A DNA stretch of 63,533 bases, the filler included, from a bacterium (lineage in GTDB: Bacteria > UBP15 > UBA6099 > JAJRTR01): the NCBI GenBank assembly GCA_024278215.1. It is 6 parts of 6 records of this genome, joined end to end, with 100 filler letters (N's around TTAATTAATTAA, not from the genome) between each part and the next. Parts side by side here need not be neighbours in the genome. Positions count along the whole stretch, not along the records: positions 1 to 9,282 come from JAJRTR010000195.1; positions 9,383 to 20,253 come from JAJRTR010000196.1; 4 more parts are not named here. One strand, written 5' to 3'. The translations under genes and the position numbers were made by a program. Numbering within the stretch: position 1 is the stretch's first letter; each line of letters starts with the position of its first letter. Shown piece by piece: positions 1 through 9,575 of this stretch. The notes under the pieces are model-generated. The model did no database searches. It was not told the origin of the DNA and saw only the letters and a program-made list of their open reading frames with translations.

Positions 1-165
1 AATTCTGATTCTGCTGCGGTCGGCTGCTATTGTCCATAGCTGCGTTGTCGGCGCAAAATCGTCCTCGACGTACTCTGCAAGTACGCCTGCGAGGATTTTA
101 CACCTCCGCCTTGTTCTGAACAATTTCGCTCGACCTCGCTACGAACATAATTTTGCAATTGGCTC
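1..165 (+). mobile_element. Repeat family A (MITE-like, ~178 bp) copy; left end cut by the window edge
   Basis: Near-identical to 48813-48990; ends in the TIR AATTTTGCAATTGGCTC. Confidence 0.85.
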
Positions 166-491
166 GGTTATGTATTATGAAACTAATGATATACTGATCT
201 TATACGTTTTTAAATTATCGTTTGAATTTCGGGGACATGACCGGCATCACACGAACGCCGTAACACATTTTGCCAACGGCCTGAAGTCCGGGAACTTTTC
301 CGAATTAAGCTCACCGCAAAATGACGATATATAGTATCTTATCAAGATTATCACTTTTCAATTTTGTCGTAGTTGTTTTGAGAACACGTTGGCGATGCAA
401 CAGTAATGAGGGTATATAAAACTGGAAACAAATAACAAAAAAGGGCAATAATAATAGTGACAAATGGGTTTTGTAGTGCTATACTCTTCTC

Positions 492-977
492 ATGGGGCCG
501 CTAAGAATAGAAAACGAGGTTGTCACCACCCGCGAACTTCTGAGAATGGCGAAGACTTTGCCCGGTGCATGGACAGGGCTGAAAATAGCTGTGCTTATCC
601 TGATAAAGAATGGATGGCGGCCTTCGGAATTGCAGGAAACTTTCGGGCTCAGCAGGCAGACAATGACACGCTGGGTACATGAGGTCAACGACGCCGGAAT
701 AGAAGCGGTGGTGAAAACGCCGCCGCCGGGACGCCCCGGACAACTCACCAGCGAAATAAAGCAGCAGCTTATTGAAGACCTCGACATCGGACCAAGGGAG
801 TTCGGCTATTCAAGAAAAAAATGGAACGCTCCCACACTTGTCAATCATCTAAAGGAACACTACGGTATAGAGGTCAAAGTGAGGCAAGCGAGGAACTATC
901 TGAAAGAACTGGGATACAGGGGTAAGGGAAATGACATATCTTCACTTTTCAACAGGCAGGGAAATGCAGAGAAATAA
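492..977 (+). CDS. Helix-turn-helix protein resembling the N-terminal DNA-binding half (ORF A) of IS630-family transposases; no DDE domain
   Basis: Motifs FGLSRQTMTRWV, PPPGRPGQLT, GPREFGY..KWN...LVNHLKEHYGIEV...YLKELGY. Confidence 0.7.
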   Translation: MGPLRIENEVVTTRELLRMAKTLPGAWTGLKIAVLILIKNGWRPSELQETFGLSRQTMTRWVHEVNDAGIEAVVKTPPPGRPGQLTSEIKQQLIEDLDIGPREFGYSRKKWNAPTLVNHLKEHYGIEVKVRQARNYLKELGYRGKGNDISSLFNRQGNAEK

Positions 978-1110
978 AAGGAATGCTATTGCAGGCAAAT
1001 AACGAATCTAACATCCGGGACAGCCGGTTTTGTAAAATATATAATGCCGAAAGTGGTCGTCTTAGGATGATCGACACGAAACAAAAAATACATTCCAGGG
1101 AGGAATAGAT

Positions 1111-2826
1111 ATGGCAGAAATTACAGGTGGTGAACTGCTGATGGAGTGCCTGGCCAATCAGGGCCCGGCACCGGTTTTTGGAATACCTGACGGTGGATAC
1201 AACATAATATATCAGTGGGTGCATGACAATCCCGACCGGGGAATGCACATTATTACCCCTAGGCACGAGGCGGCAGGCGCACACATGGCGGACGGCTTCT
1301 ACCGTGTGACGGGCGTGCCGGCGATAGCCATAGCAGGCGCGGGCCCCGGAGCGGCTAATCTTATATCGGGTGTAATAACGGCGGCGGGCGAAGAAGTCCC
1401 TATGATCGTTATCACGACTTCGAGGCGCAGCGACCTGATAGCTCCGCTTCGCGGTGCGATGCAGACGTTCGAGCAGGTGCGCGCGTTCAGGTCTGTTTGC
1501 AAGGACAGCATCGGAATAATATGTCCCGAGCGTATTCCGGCCGCCGTCGAATATGCTTATAAAAAGGCTATGACGGGTATTCCGGGACCGGTCAACATTG
1601 ATGTTCCCGAAGATATATTCAACTCGAAAGTCAACGCAAGCGAAGCGACGCCCTCGAGGTGTGTGCCTGCCGAATTACTGGCGGCAAACGCTGGAGCGGC
1701 ACCGGAGGCGATCGAAGCGGCAGCGAAGTTGCTGGTCGAGGCGGATGAAGCGATAATACACTGCGGCGCGACGGTTGTGCGTAGCGGCGCGTGGAAAGAA
1801 CTGATAGCGCTCGCGGAATATCTCGGAGTGGCAGTTTGCACAACACCGGGCGGACGCGGCGCGATCCCCGAGGACCATCCGCAGAGCATACCACCGGTTG
1901 CGGGGCTTGCGCGGGCCGCGATGTCGCAGGCAAATGTCCTTCTCGCCGTTGGATGCAAATTCGGCGAACTGGATTTCTACGGCAAGCCTCCGCTGTGGGG
2001 GCTTCCCGAATCGCAGAAGCTTATACACATCCATCGAGTGCCGGAAAGAATCGGCATGAACAGGCCCGCCGATGTTGCGCTCATGGGACACGCGCCTATA
2101 GTGCTCAAGCAGCTTCTCGACAGGGTCAGCGAGCTGACACAGAAGCGCGAACTGCATCCCAAAGTCAAACAGTATAAGGATCTCCAGATGATGGGAGAAA
2201 ACGAAATAGCGGAAAAATACTTCAAGCAGGATGACCCGATGACAACCGGCCGGGTCGTAAAAACGTGTCGCGAATTCTTCGAACGTGATACTGTTTTCGT
2301 GCAGGACGGCGGCAACACCAGCATGTGGGTTGCCAATGTGATGAAGATTCTCGAGCCGCGCACACATCTATGGACAGCCGACTTCGGCCACCTCGGAACG
2401 GGCATACCCTATGCTATCGGTGCAAAACTCGCCAGTCAGGGAACAGATGTCTGCCTCATCACAGGCGACGGCGCGTTCGGGTTCAATATTATGGAACTCG
2501 AGACCGCCGCACGCAACAATCTGCCCATTATCTGTGTCGTTGCTGTCGATAAGGCGTGGGGCATGGAGAAAACCGCACAGGAACGCTGCTTCGGACACTC
2601 GGATTACTATGTGAATGTTCAACATGCAACGGTGAGATATGACAAAATAGCGGAAGCAATGGGCTGCTTCAGCGCCTTTGTCGAAAGAGCAGATCAGCTT
2701 AAGACGGCGCTCTACGAAGCAAAGCAGTCGTGCAAACCGGCTGTCATTCATGTTGCCGTCGATATTGATGCAAACGTCTATCCTCCGGGAAACGACCTGT
2801 GGGTAGGTTCACACCAGGCAAGGTGA
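1111..2826 (+). CDS. Thiamine pyrophosphate-binding enzyme (acetolactate synthase large subunit / 2-hydroxyacyl-CoA lyase family)
   Basis: RHEAAGAHMADG, GPGAAN and TPP motif GDGAFGF...; RBS GGAGG upstream. Confidence 0.85.
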   Translation: MAEITGGELLMECLANQGPAPVFGIPDGGYNIIYQWVHDNPDRGMHIITPRHEAAGAHMADGFYRVTGVPAIAIAGAGPGAANLISGVITAAGEEVPMIVITTSRRSDLIAPLRGAMQTFEQVRAFRSVCKDSIGIICPERIPAAVEYAYKKAMTGIPGPVNIDVPEDIFNSKVNASEATPSRCVPAELLAANAGAAPEAIEAAAKLLVEADEAIIHCGATVVRSGAWKELIALAEYLGVAVCTTPGGRGAIPEDHPQSIPPVAGLARAAMSQANVLLAVGCKFGELDFYGKPPLWGLPESQKLIHIHRVPERIGMNRPADVALMGHAPIVLKQLLDRVSELTQKRELHPKVKQYKDLQMMGENEIAEKYFKQDDPMTTGRVVKTCREFFERDTVFVQDGGNTSMWVANVMKILEPRTHLWTADFGHLGTGIPYAIGAKLASQGTDVCLITGDGAFGFNIMELETAARNNLPIICVVAVDKAWGMEKTAQERCFGHSDYYVNVQHATVRYDKIAEAMGCFSAFVERADQLKTALYEAKQSCKPAVIHVAVDIDANVYPPGNDLWVGSHQAR

Positions 2827-2840
2827 TTGTGCGAATAATC

Positions 2841-2877
2841 GGGGGGTGGGGATAGTTTCATCCCCTCCCCCTTTGTT
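2841..2877 (+). terminator. Probable intrinsic terminator
   Basis: GGGGTGGGGAT/ATCCCCTCCCC stem followed by TTTGTT, just after the stop codon. Confidence 0.5.
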
Positions 2878-2983
2878 ATAAACAGGCAACATAATATCAG
2901 CCTTGCGCGTCGGACACAGGGTGTGGCTTTTAAAAGCCGGCAGGGAAGGAAGACAGGGAAACTATCGTGAAGAGGAGACGCTT

Positions 2984-4021
2984 GTGGAAGGTGAAGAAAA
3001 TAGAAAGTTGCTGTTCAGTGACTGCTACAGTCTGACAAAACTCCCATATTTTGATCTTAATGAAAAAGGCGTGCTGACACTGACGCAGGAGGGGTTGCCG
3101 CCCATCGTGGATTTCCACACGCATCTGGCGCTGACATGGCAGTTTTCGCCCCAGGTCGATCTGAACAAACGGACGCCGCGCGTGCTGCACTTCTTCCGCG
3201 AGCGGCATGTCAGGATAGACATGAATATCTATTCGGGCATCAACCTGAAGAACGAACGCCGCGAAGGGATGTTCAAGGAATACGTCGACGGCGCGTTTTC
3301 CAACAAGGGAGCGGTGTCGACCTTTACTGTCCCGAACATCCTTGCCGAAATGGACAGGATGGGTATCGAACACAGTGTTCTGCTGGCTGTCGACACGCCG
3401 GGCAGCCGGCATGTCTCAAAAAGCTATGCCGAAAGCACACAAAACGAACCCCGGCTGATAACATTCTGTGGGGTCAATCCGCGTTCGAGGCGATGGGAAG
3501 AGCATGTCGAAAAGGCTGTCGAGGACGGCGCGCGCGGTCTGAAGATTCATCCTTACATGATGTTCTTTCCGCCCAACCACAAAAAGGTTATGAGGCTTAT
3601 CAGGAAGTGGGGCGAAACCGGCTACCCGATCCTCTTCCACACCGCTCATAACGGACTCGAACCATCATTCCTGCGAAACCTCTCGGACATAGAACTATAC
3701 CGAAAGCCGCTCGAGAAGTTCCCGGATATAACATTCATCCTCGGACATGCCGGAATGGGTTTTTTCAGGGAAGCGGCGGAACTTGCCAGGAATCACGGCA
3801 ACACGTATCTCGAGATCGGCGGACAGCCGCCCGATGACCTCAAGCGTATTATCGACCTGATGGGTGAAGATAAGGTATTGTTCGGTTCCGACTGGCCATT
3901 CTATCCGTTCGCGCTCCCGCTCGCGAAAGCACTTATCGCCACGGAAGACGCGCCCGGCGTCCGCCGCAAAATCCTGTCGGAAAACGCTTACCGTCTCATC
4001 GGTGACCTGTGCCTGGTTTAA
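2984..4021 (+). CDS. Amidohydrolase family protein (Amidohydro_2-like)
   Basis: DFHTH, GLKIHP, ILFHT, ILGHAG, VLFGSDWPF motifs; GTG start after GAGGAG. Confidence 0.85.
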   Translation: MEGEENRKLLFSDCYSLTKLPYFDLNEKGVLTLTQEGLPPIVDFHTHLALTWQFSPQVDLNKRTPRVLHFFRERHVRIDMNIYSGINLKNERREGMFKEYVDGAFSNKGAVSTFTVPNILAEMDRMGIEHSVLLAVDTPGSRHVSKSYAESTQNEPRLITFCGVNPRSRRWEEHVEKAVEDGARGLKIHPYMMFFPPNHKKVMRLIRKWGETGYPILFHTAHNGLEPSFLRNLSDIELYRKPLEKFPDITFILGHAGMGFFREAAELARNHGNTYLEIGGQPPDDLKRIIDLMGEDKVLFGSDWPFYPFALPLAKALIATEDAPGVRRKILSENAYRLIGDLCLV

Positions 4022-4057
4022 TAATAAGGAATTTCCCGGAGCTTCCTCCGTGGCAGT

Positions 4058-5983
4058 TCACTCTGCAAGTGTCGTCACCCACCAATAGTCGGACGTTTCG
4101 CGTGTTGTGCCTGTATCATCCTCGCATGATATAGTGAATATATACCGCGTGGCGGGCTCGAGACCGGACCACCTTATTGTGTGAGTGCGTGATAATTCCT
4201 TTTCGGTTTCGGCGACAGGTTCAAGCTCCATCAGATGTGTGCCGACGCGCAGCCCGCATTTGACTTTTTCATCAGTGATAAAACCGGCTTCCAATGAATC
4301 GATCGATTCTCCGATTTCAATATTACGAGCAACCGGTCCCGGCATGACGTATTCAGAAGTCTTCGTTTCCTGTTTTCCTTTTACCTGGCTGTAGTAGTTT
4401 GTTAGAAACTTTGCGATTCTCGCCGTGTTTCCGGGCCACTGGTTTTTCGGGAGTGTGTCGGCATAGCTGCCAAGGTCGGCGGCGAAATCGAGTGACCACT
4501 CGAGGTGTGCGGGATCACCGCTTTCGACATAAAGCCTGTAGGCCCATAGCGCTCCGTTCGCAAGCCGCCAGGTTTCGGCCGCTCTTTTCAACATTCCCAA
4601 TTCATTGCGAAGCAAGTTCTTATCACTTTCTTTCATTCCGGATACATTATTGATCTCATCGAAAATGCGATCTGAAATCGCGACTGCTTCTGATTTCTCC
4701 TCCATAATACGATTGTAAACATCGACATCGGGATGCGTCAGTTCGGCTTCCCGTTTTTTAAAAGCCGGGTCATAAAGCGCTACGCTGCGACCGGAGAGCA
4801 GGGCAGGGTAGGTGGCCGATGTCGTGAGGTCGCTTCCTTTTTCCAGCGCCCAGAATCCGAGAACATAGTACATCTTCCGTACCGCGTCGAAGCTGTGCTT
4901 ATAGATGTCGAGAAGCATTTTCGCATCTTCCGAATCAGGTTTCAGTCCGAATCTCTTTTCAAACCATTGCAGGCGCAGCGTGTCGGGGTCGGCGTCAGGA
5001 TTTTTCATGAGTTCGTGAAACGAATAAAGGTTTATCTCATTACCTGTGCCGAGCAGGCCTTCCGCGCCGCGCTCGACGCGTGCGACAAAACCGGATACGC
5101 CGTGATCGCGCGCGTACCTGATTCTGTATTGCAGATACTCCGTGAGGTCGGCGGGGAACGCACTCTTGCCCCAGTATTCGCCCGCAAGGTCGATCTCGAC
5201 AACCTGCGGATGTCCGCCCACCGCACCGATCAGACTGTTGTTCGGATAGTATGGTTCCCAATCCTGCGGTACACATTTCGACATTACGCTGAGCCCGTCG
5301 CGCCGCTCGCTTCGTATCAGTCCCAGGCGCACCCACTCGAGCTCGCGCGGCGTGTGTATGAATGTGCGCGCGACGAATTCCTTATGGTATTTTCCTATTA
5401 CGACGTCACCGATAATCTTTACGATCAGAGCTACTCGATCTCCGGCATCGTGTTTTCTGCACCAGGAGCAGGTGCAGAAAAGGCTCCACGGGTCGGGTCG
5501 CGAACTACCGAACGACACGATCACACCGTCGACATCGGGCACCTTCGCCAGCGCGTCGATATACGCCCTCCGCCGCACGGACCAGAATTCGCGGCCGTCT
5601 TTCGTGCGCGGATCGAGGCAGACGGTCATTTGTTTAGTGTTGAACTCATGTGTCCAGATATAAGTTTTTATCCCTTTGTCGCCGGCGCGCCGGGCCACCC
5701 TTTCGATGAGCGCGGCGCGGGCGGCGTCCTCGTTTATCCGGTCTATATTCATAATGATACTGTGTGAAAGCTGGATGTGATTGACACCGTAATCCGCCGC
5801 GAGGTCTATCATCCTGTCGATATGATCTTCGTCCGAATCGTGCAGTTGCCACCCGATGGTACTAAAAGCAGCGGGATCGACGGTTGAGTATGTTGTTATT
5901 GCAAAAGTAATACTAAACAGCAAACAAAAAACAGAAGTGATGAATTTGCCCGGTGTTATTAGCTCATTATTCACTGCTGTCAC
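4058..5983 (-). CDS. Secreted hypothetical protein, possible glycoside-hydrolase-like TIM barrel with a C-terminal FN3-like domain
   Basis: N-terminal hydrophobic signal-like segment; YGVNHIQLSH; C-terminal HTIRWSGLEPATRYIFTI. Confidence 0.55.
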   Translation of the reverse strand: MTAVNNELITPGKFITSVFCLLFSITFAITTYSTVDPAAFSTIGWQLHDSDEDHIDRMIDLAADYGVNHIQLSHSIIMNIDRINEDAARAALIERVARRAGDKGIKTYIWTHEFNTKQMTVCLDPRTKDGREFWSVRRRAYIDALAKVPDVDGVIVSFGSSRPDPWSLFCTCSWCRKHDAGDRVALIVKIIGDVVIGKYHKEFVARTFIHTPRELEWVRLGLIRSERRDGLSVMSKCVPQDWEPYYPNNSLIGAVGGHPQVVEIDLAGEYWGKSAFPADLTEYLQYRIRYARDHGVSGFVARVERGAEGLLGTGNEINLYSFHELMKNPDADPDTLRLQWFEKRFGLKPDSEDAKMLLDIYKHSFDAVRKMYYVLGFWALEKGSDLTTSATYPALLSGRSVALYDPAFKKREAELTHPDVDVYNRIMEEKSEAVAISDRIFDEINNVSGMKESDKNLLRNELGMLKRAAETWRLANGALWAYRLYVESGDPAHLEWSLDFAADLGSYADTLPKNQWPGNTARIAKFLTNYYSQVKGKQETKTSEYVMPGPVARNIEIGESIDSLEAGFITDEKVKCGLRVGTHLMELEPVAETEKELSRTHTIRWSGLEPATRYIFTISCEDDTGTTRETSDYWWVTTLAE

Positions 5984-6016
5984 CTCGTGTACTTTATAAA
6001 ATGTGGGTACAGGTGT

Positions 6017-8212
6017 TCAAATACCAATGCCGAGAAGTCGACCGGTCTGGTATACGATGAAACAAACTGTCCAGGCGAGTGTCGATTGATATGCAACTGA
6101 AAATGCGGGCCATATCCACGAATTTGTTTCTTTTTTGATAATGCCGATAGTCGCAACACAAGGTACAGTCAGAAGCGTAAAGAGCATCAGAACGTAGGCG
6201 GTAAGCGGGTTGAAGTTAGGGTCTTTTCGTATTCTCTCGCGTAATGTTTTCGACTTCGCGTCGGCGTCGCCGATACTGTACACGGTGCCGAGTGTGCTGA
6301 CAACGAGTTCTTTAGCGAGAAACGCGGGAATGATGGATATGGTTGCCTTGAGGTCGAACCCGATGGGGCGGAACGCAGGTTCGATGAAGCTGCCGATTTT
6401 GCCGGCGAAACTTTTCTCCAGAGATTCACGTGCCATACGGCCTTCGAGTTGTTCGAGACGTGTTTGAAGTTCGGTAAATTCCGGAGATGCCGCAGGCGTT
6501 TCACTGTTGCCGGTCATCGCGGCAATCTGCGCATGTGTCGATTCGATTTTGACCTGAAGCTCGTTCTTTCCATCGAAATTTCTGGGGAAAGTCATCAGAA
6601 ACCACACAATCACGGATATCGCAAGTATGATCGTGCCGGCTTTTTTAACGTACATCCACGCGCGTTCCCAGATATGAAGCAGTACACTCTTAAGGGTAGG
6701 TATCCTGTAGGGCGGCAGTTCCATTACAAAAGGCGTAAGCTCGCCCTGAAAAAGAAAACGTCTGAAAACTTTTGCCATGATAACAGCCATCAGGATGCCG
6801 ATCAGGTACAGTGAGAAAATGATGTGTCCTGAAACAGCCGGGCTGAAAAATGCACCCGTGAGAAGAATGTAAACCGGCAGCCGCGCGCCGCAGCTCATGA
6901 GCGGAGTTATCAGAATTGTTATCAGACGGTCTTTCGGGTTGTCCAGAGTGCGAGTCGCCATTATCGCCGGGACGTTGCATCCAAAACCGATGACCATCGG
7001 GATGAATGATTTGCCGTGGAGTCCGATGCGGTGCATGATCCGGTCCATAATAAAGGCGGCGCGCGCCATGTAGCCGGAGTCTTCGAGCAGCGAAATGCCG
7101 AGAAAGAGCAGAAGGATATTTGGAAGGAAACTGACCACGCCGCCGACTCCCCCTATAACGCCGTCTACAATCAGGGAACTGAGCAGGGTGTCGCCGAGCG
7201 CTTGCGATAATATGACCGACATCCAGTTGAAGAGTGCGCCGAGCCATTCCATAGGCGGCGTGCCGATGGTGAATGTAAGCTGGAATGTCAGCCACATGAG
7301 ACCGAGGAATATAGGGAAACCGAGTACGCGGTTTGCGAGCACGGCGTCCGCGCGGTCGGAAGCAGTGCGGCGGTCGATGTTGGTTCTGCTCACCACTTCA
7401 CGGCAGAGGCCGCTGATGAAACCGTAGCGCATGTCGGCAATAACGATTTCCGGGTCTTCGCCCAGCGTGCTGCGTATATTTCCGCGGGCGAACTCCGCAT
7501 CGTCGGCAATGTCATTTCCGTTTTTGGCCGCACGCACATTTTCAATAATGTTGCTGTCGTTCTCGATCAGCTTTATAGCGAGCCAGCGTGGGACATATCG
7601 TTCTTTCAGTTCCGCATTGTTTTCGATCTTCCCGACAAGACGCTCGATCTCTTTTTCAGTTTCTTTTCCGTAATATACCTGTATCCTTTTTTTATCGCGG
7701 ACGCCGCGCGTTGTGTCCAGGACCGTCGCCACAAGTCTGTCCATGCCGTTGTTGCGCGACGCTACAGTCGCGACAACAGGAACCCCCAGCAGTTCGGAAA
7801 GGTACTGCGCGTCGATCTTAATACCCATTGTTTCAGCAGTGTCGATCATATTGAGAGCAATAACGATATTCGCGTTCAGCTCGAGGATCTGCACGGCGAG
7901 ATAAAGGTTTCTTTCCAGATTCGACGCGTCGAGGATACTTACAACGACATCCGGCTTTTCACTCATAATAAAATCGCGTGCGATAACTTCGTCCATCGAG
8001 TATGCCGTAAGACTGTAAGTTCCCGGCAGGTCCACAACCCTGAAATTGTGGCCGTCTCTGCTGAATGTGCCTTCCTTTTTCTCGACCGTTACACCCGGCC
8101 AGTTGCCGACATGTTGTTTTGCTCCGGTAAGGTTATTGAAAATCGATGTTTTGCCGGAGTTGGGATTTCCCGCAAGGGCCAGAGTTATGCATTCTTCCTG
8201 ATACCTGTTCAT
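6017..8212 (-). CDS. feoB: Ferrous iron transport protein B
   Basis: GNPNSGKT, GNWPGVTVE, DLPGTYSL, GFGCNVPA, PFVMELPPY. Confidence 0.97.
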   Translation of the reverse strand: MNRYQEECITLALAGNPNSGKTSIFNNLTGAKQHVGNWPGVTVEKKEGTFSRDGHNFRVVDLPGTYSLTAYSMDEVIARDFIMSEKPDVVVSILDASNLERNLYLAVQILELNANIVIALNMIDTAETMGIKIDAQYLSELLGVPVVATVASRNNGMDRLVATVLDTTRGVRDKKRIQVYYGKETEKEIERLVGKIENNAELKERYVPRWLAIKLIENDSNIIENVRAAKNGNDIADDAEFARGNIRSTLGEDPEIVIADMRYGFISGLCREVVSRTNIDRRTASDRADAVLANRVLGFPIFLGLMWLTFQLTFTIGTPPMEWLGALFNWMSVILSQALGDTLLSSLIVDGVIGGVGGVVSFLPNILLLFLGISLLEDSGYMARAAFIMDRIMHRIGLHGKSFIPMVIGFGCNVPAIMATRTLDNPKDRLITILITPLMSCGARLPVYILLTGAFFSPAVSGHIIFSLYLIGILMAVIMAKVFRRFLFQGELTPFVMELPPYRIPTLKSVLLHIWERAWMYVKKAGTIILAISVIVWFLMTFPRNFDGKNELQVKIESTHAQIAAMTGNSETPAASPEFTELQTRLEQLEGRMARESLEKSFAGKIGSFIEPAFRPIGFDLKATISIIPAFLAKELVVSTLGTVYSIGDADAKSKTLRERIRKDPNFNPLTAYVLMLFTLLTVPCVATIGIIKKETNSWIWPAFSVAYQSTLAWTVCFIVYQTGRLLGIGI

Positions 8213-8267
8213 TTTTCCTCATTATTTTACAGAACTCATTTTGAGACGAATTGCAAGCAATTATAAT

Positions 8268-8285
8268 AATTAGCATAATCTAACT
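8268..8285. promoter_or_regulatory. Putative DtxR/MntR-type operator upstream of feoB
   Basis: AATTAG-CATAAT-CTAACT; same spacing as the palindrome at 9002-9019. Confidence 0.55.
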
Positions 8286-8297
8286 GCTAAATAACAC

Positions 8298-8987
8298 TTA
8301 TTTCCGTTCTATTTCAATGTGGGCCGCCTCGTTTTTTCTCAGGGTCAGGTGGTATCCTTTGATTTTTATATCTATCGGATCACCGAGAGGAGCGACCCTG
8401 ATCATCTCGACACCCGTCCCTTTCGTGACACCCATGTCGGTCATGCGTTTGCCGATCTCACCCATCGCGCGGATATGGGTAATAACAGCCTTTTCGCCGG
8501 GTTTCAATTTGTCGAGAGTTGTTTGTTCAACTTCAGGTTTTGCCTCGATATCCTTCAAAAGCTTCATTCCTTTTACAAGATTACCGCGTGAAGAATCGGG
8601 CAACTCTGCGGCCCACCTGCTCAGAAAGATAAGCCTCTCGATCATAGATGTAGACAGTATGTGTTCGAGTTCGCAGGCATATTTCTCAGCCTCCAGCCTG
8701 TCCGAGAGCAGTAGTTCACTGAAGAAGAAATAAAGTTCCTCGTGCCGTCTGTTTATTATGCGTGCTGCCTTGTCGCCCTTCTCTGTGAGAGCAATACTTC
8801 GCCTCTTGTGGTAAACCACATAACCGAGATCGGACAGTCTTCTCATGCCGCCCGTGACGCTGGCCATAGTGACATTCAGGTGGGTAGCAACGTCGATAAC
8901 CCTCACTTTGTCTTTTGCCTTCTGGAGAACATATATTGATTCGAGGTAGTCTTCGAGCGCTGGAGTTAGTCCGGTTTTGTCTGCCAT
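8298..8987 (-). CDS. DtxR/MntR-family metal-dependent regulator with a C-terminal FeoA domain
   Basis: EDYLESIY, ACELEH, C-terminal LKPGEKAVI...MGVTKG...APLGDPI...LRKNEA; ATG at 8987 preferred over GTG at 8999. Confidence 0.92.
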   Translation of the reverse strand: MADKTGLTPALEDYLESIYVLQKAKDKVRVIDVATHLNVTMASVTGGMRRLSDLGYVVYHKRRSIALTEKGDKAARIINRRHEELYFFFSELLLSDRLEAEKYACELEHILSTSMIERLIFLSRWAAELPDSSRGNLVKGMKLLKDIEAKPEVEQTTLDKLKPGEKAVITHIRAMGEIGKRMTDMGVTKGTGVEMIRVAPLGDPIDIKIKGYHLTLRKNEAAHIEIERK

Positions 8988-9001
8988 TTCAACCTTCACT
9001 C

Positions 9002-9019
9002 AATTAGCTTAGACTAATT
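9002..9019. promoter_or_regulatory. Putative DtxR/MntR-type autoregulatory operator
   Basis: Inverted repeat AATTAG-N6-CTAATT directly upstream of the regulator. Confidence 0.6.
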
Positions 9020-9282
9020 ATAGCAGCGTCTCAATAACTTATCAAGATGTTTGCATAAAAATTACGGGAGCATCTGCCGCCGCTGGATTAAAAATGACCC
9101 TTTATGCTGAAGTAATAATGACCCCACAGTAAGACAATATAATACCAGTAACAGGGAGAGGAAGCAAGGGCAAAGGGAAGCTCCCATGGGGGCGGCGTAG
9201 GGCCTGATTTTGTTGCCCGTTTGGCTCTTTGCCTGTTCCCGCGCCGGCAACTGACGGTGTCAGGGCCAGGGTCAGTTGGGTG

Positions 9283-9382
9283 NNNNNNNNNNNNNNNNNN
9301 NNNNNNNNNNNNNNNNNNNNNNNNNNTTAATTAATTAANNNNNNNNNNNNNNNNNNNNNNNNNNNNNNNNNNNNNNNNNNNN
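9283..9382. other. Artificial contig spacer
   Basis: N run with a central TTAATTAATTAA (stops in all six frames). Confidence 0.98.
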
Positions 9383-9559
9383 AGCCAATTGCAAAATTAT
9401 GTTCGTAGCGAGGTCGAGCGAAATTGTTCAGAGCAAGGCGGAGGTGTAAAATCCTCGCAGACGTACTTGTAGAGTACGTCGAGGACGATTTTATGCCGAC
9501 AACGCAGCTATGGACAATAGTAGCCGACCGCAGCAGAATCAGAATTTTGCAATTGGCTC
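9383..9559 (-). mobile_element. Repeat family A copy (essentially complete, at a contig start)
   Basis: AGCCAATTGCAAAATT...AATTTTGCAATTGGCTC; reverse orientation relative to 1-165. Confidence 0.88.
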
Positions 9560-9575
9560 TAACGAGGTGATGATT

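Noticed and set aside
9062-9282. GC-rich stretch at a contig end considered as a riboswitch
   Set aside because: No conserved riboswitch motif recognised, and the stretch is cut by the spacer
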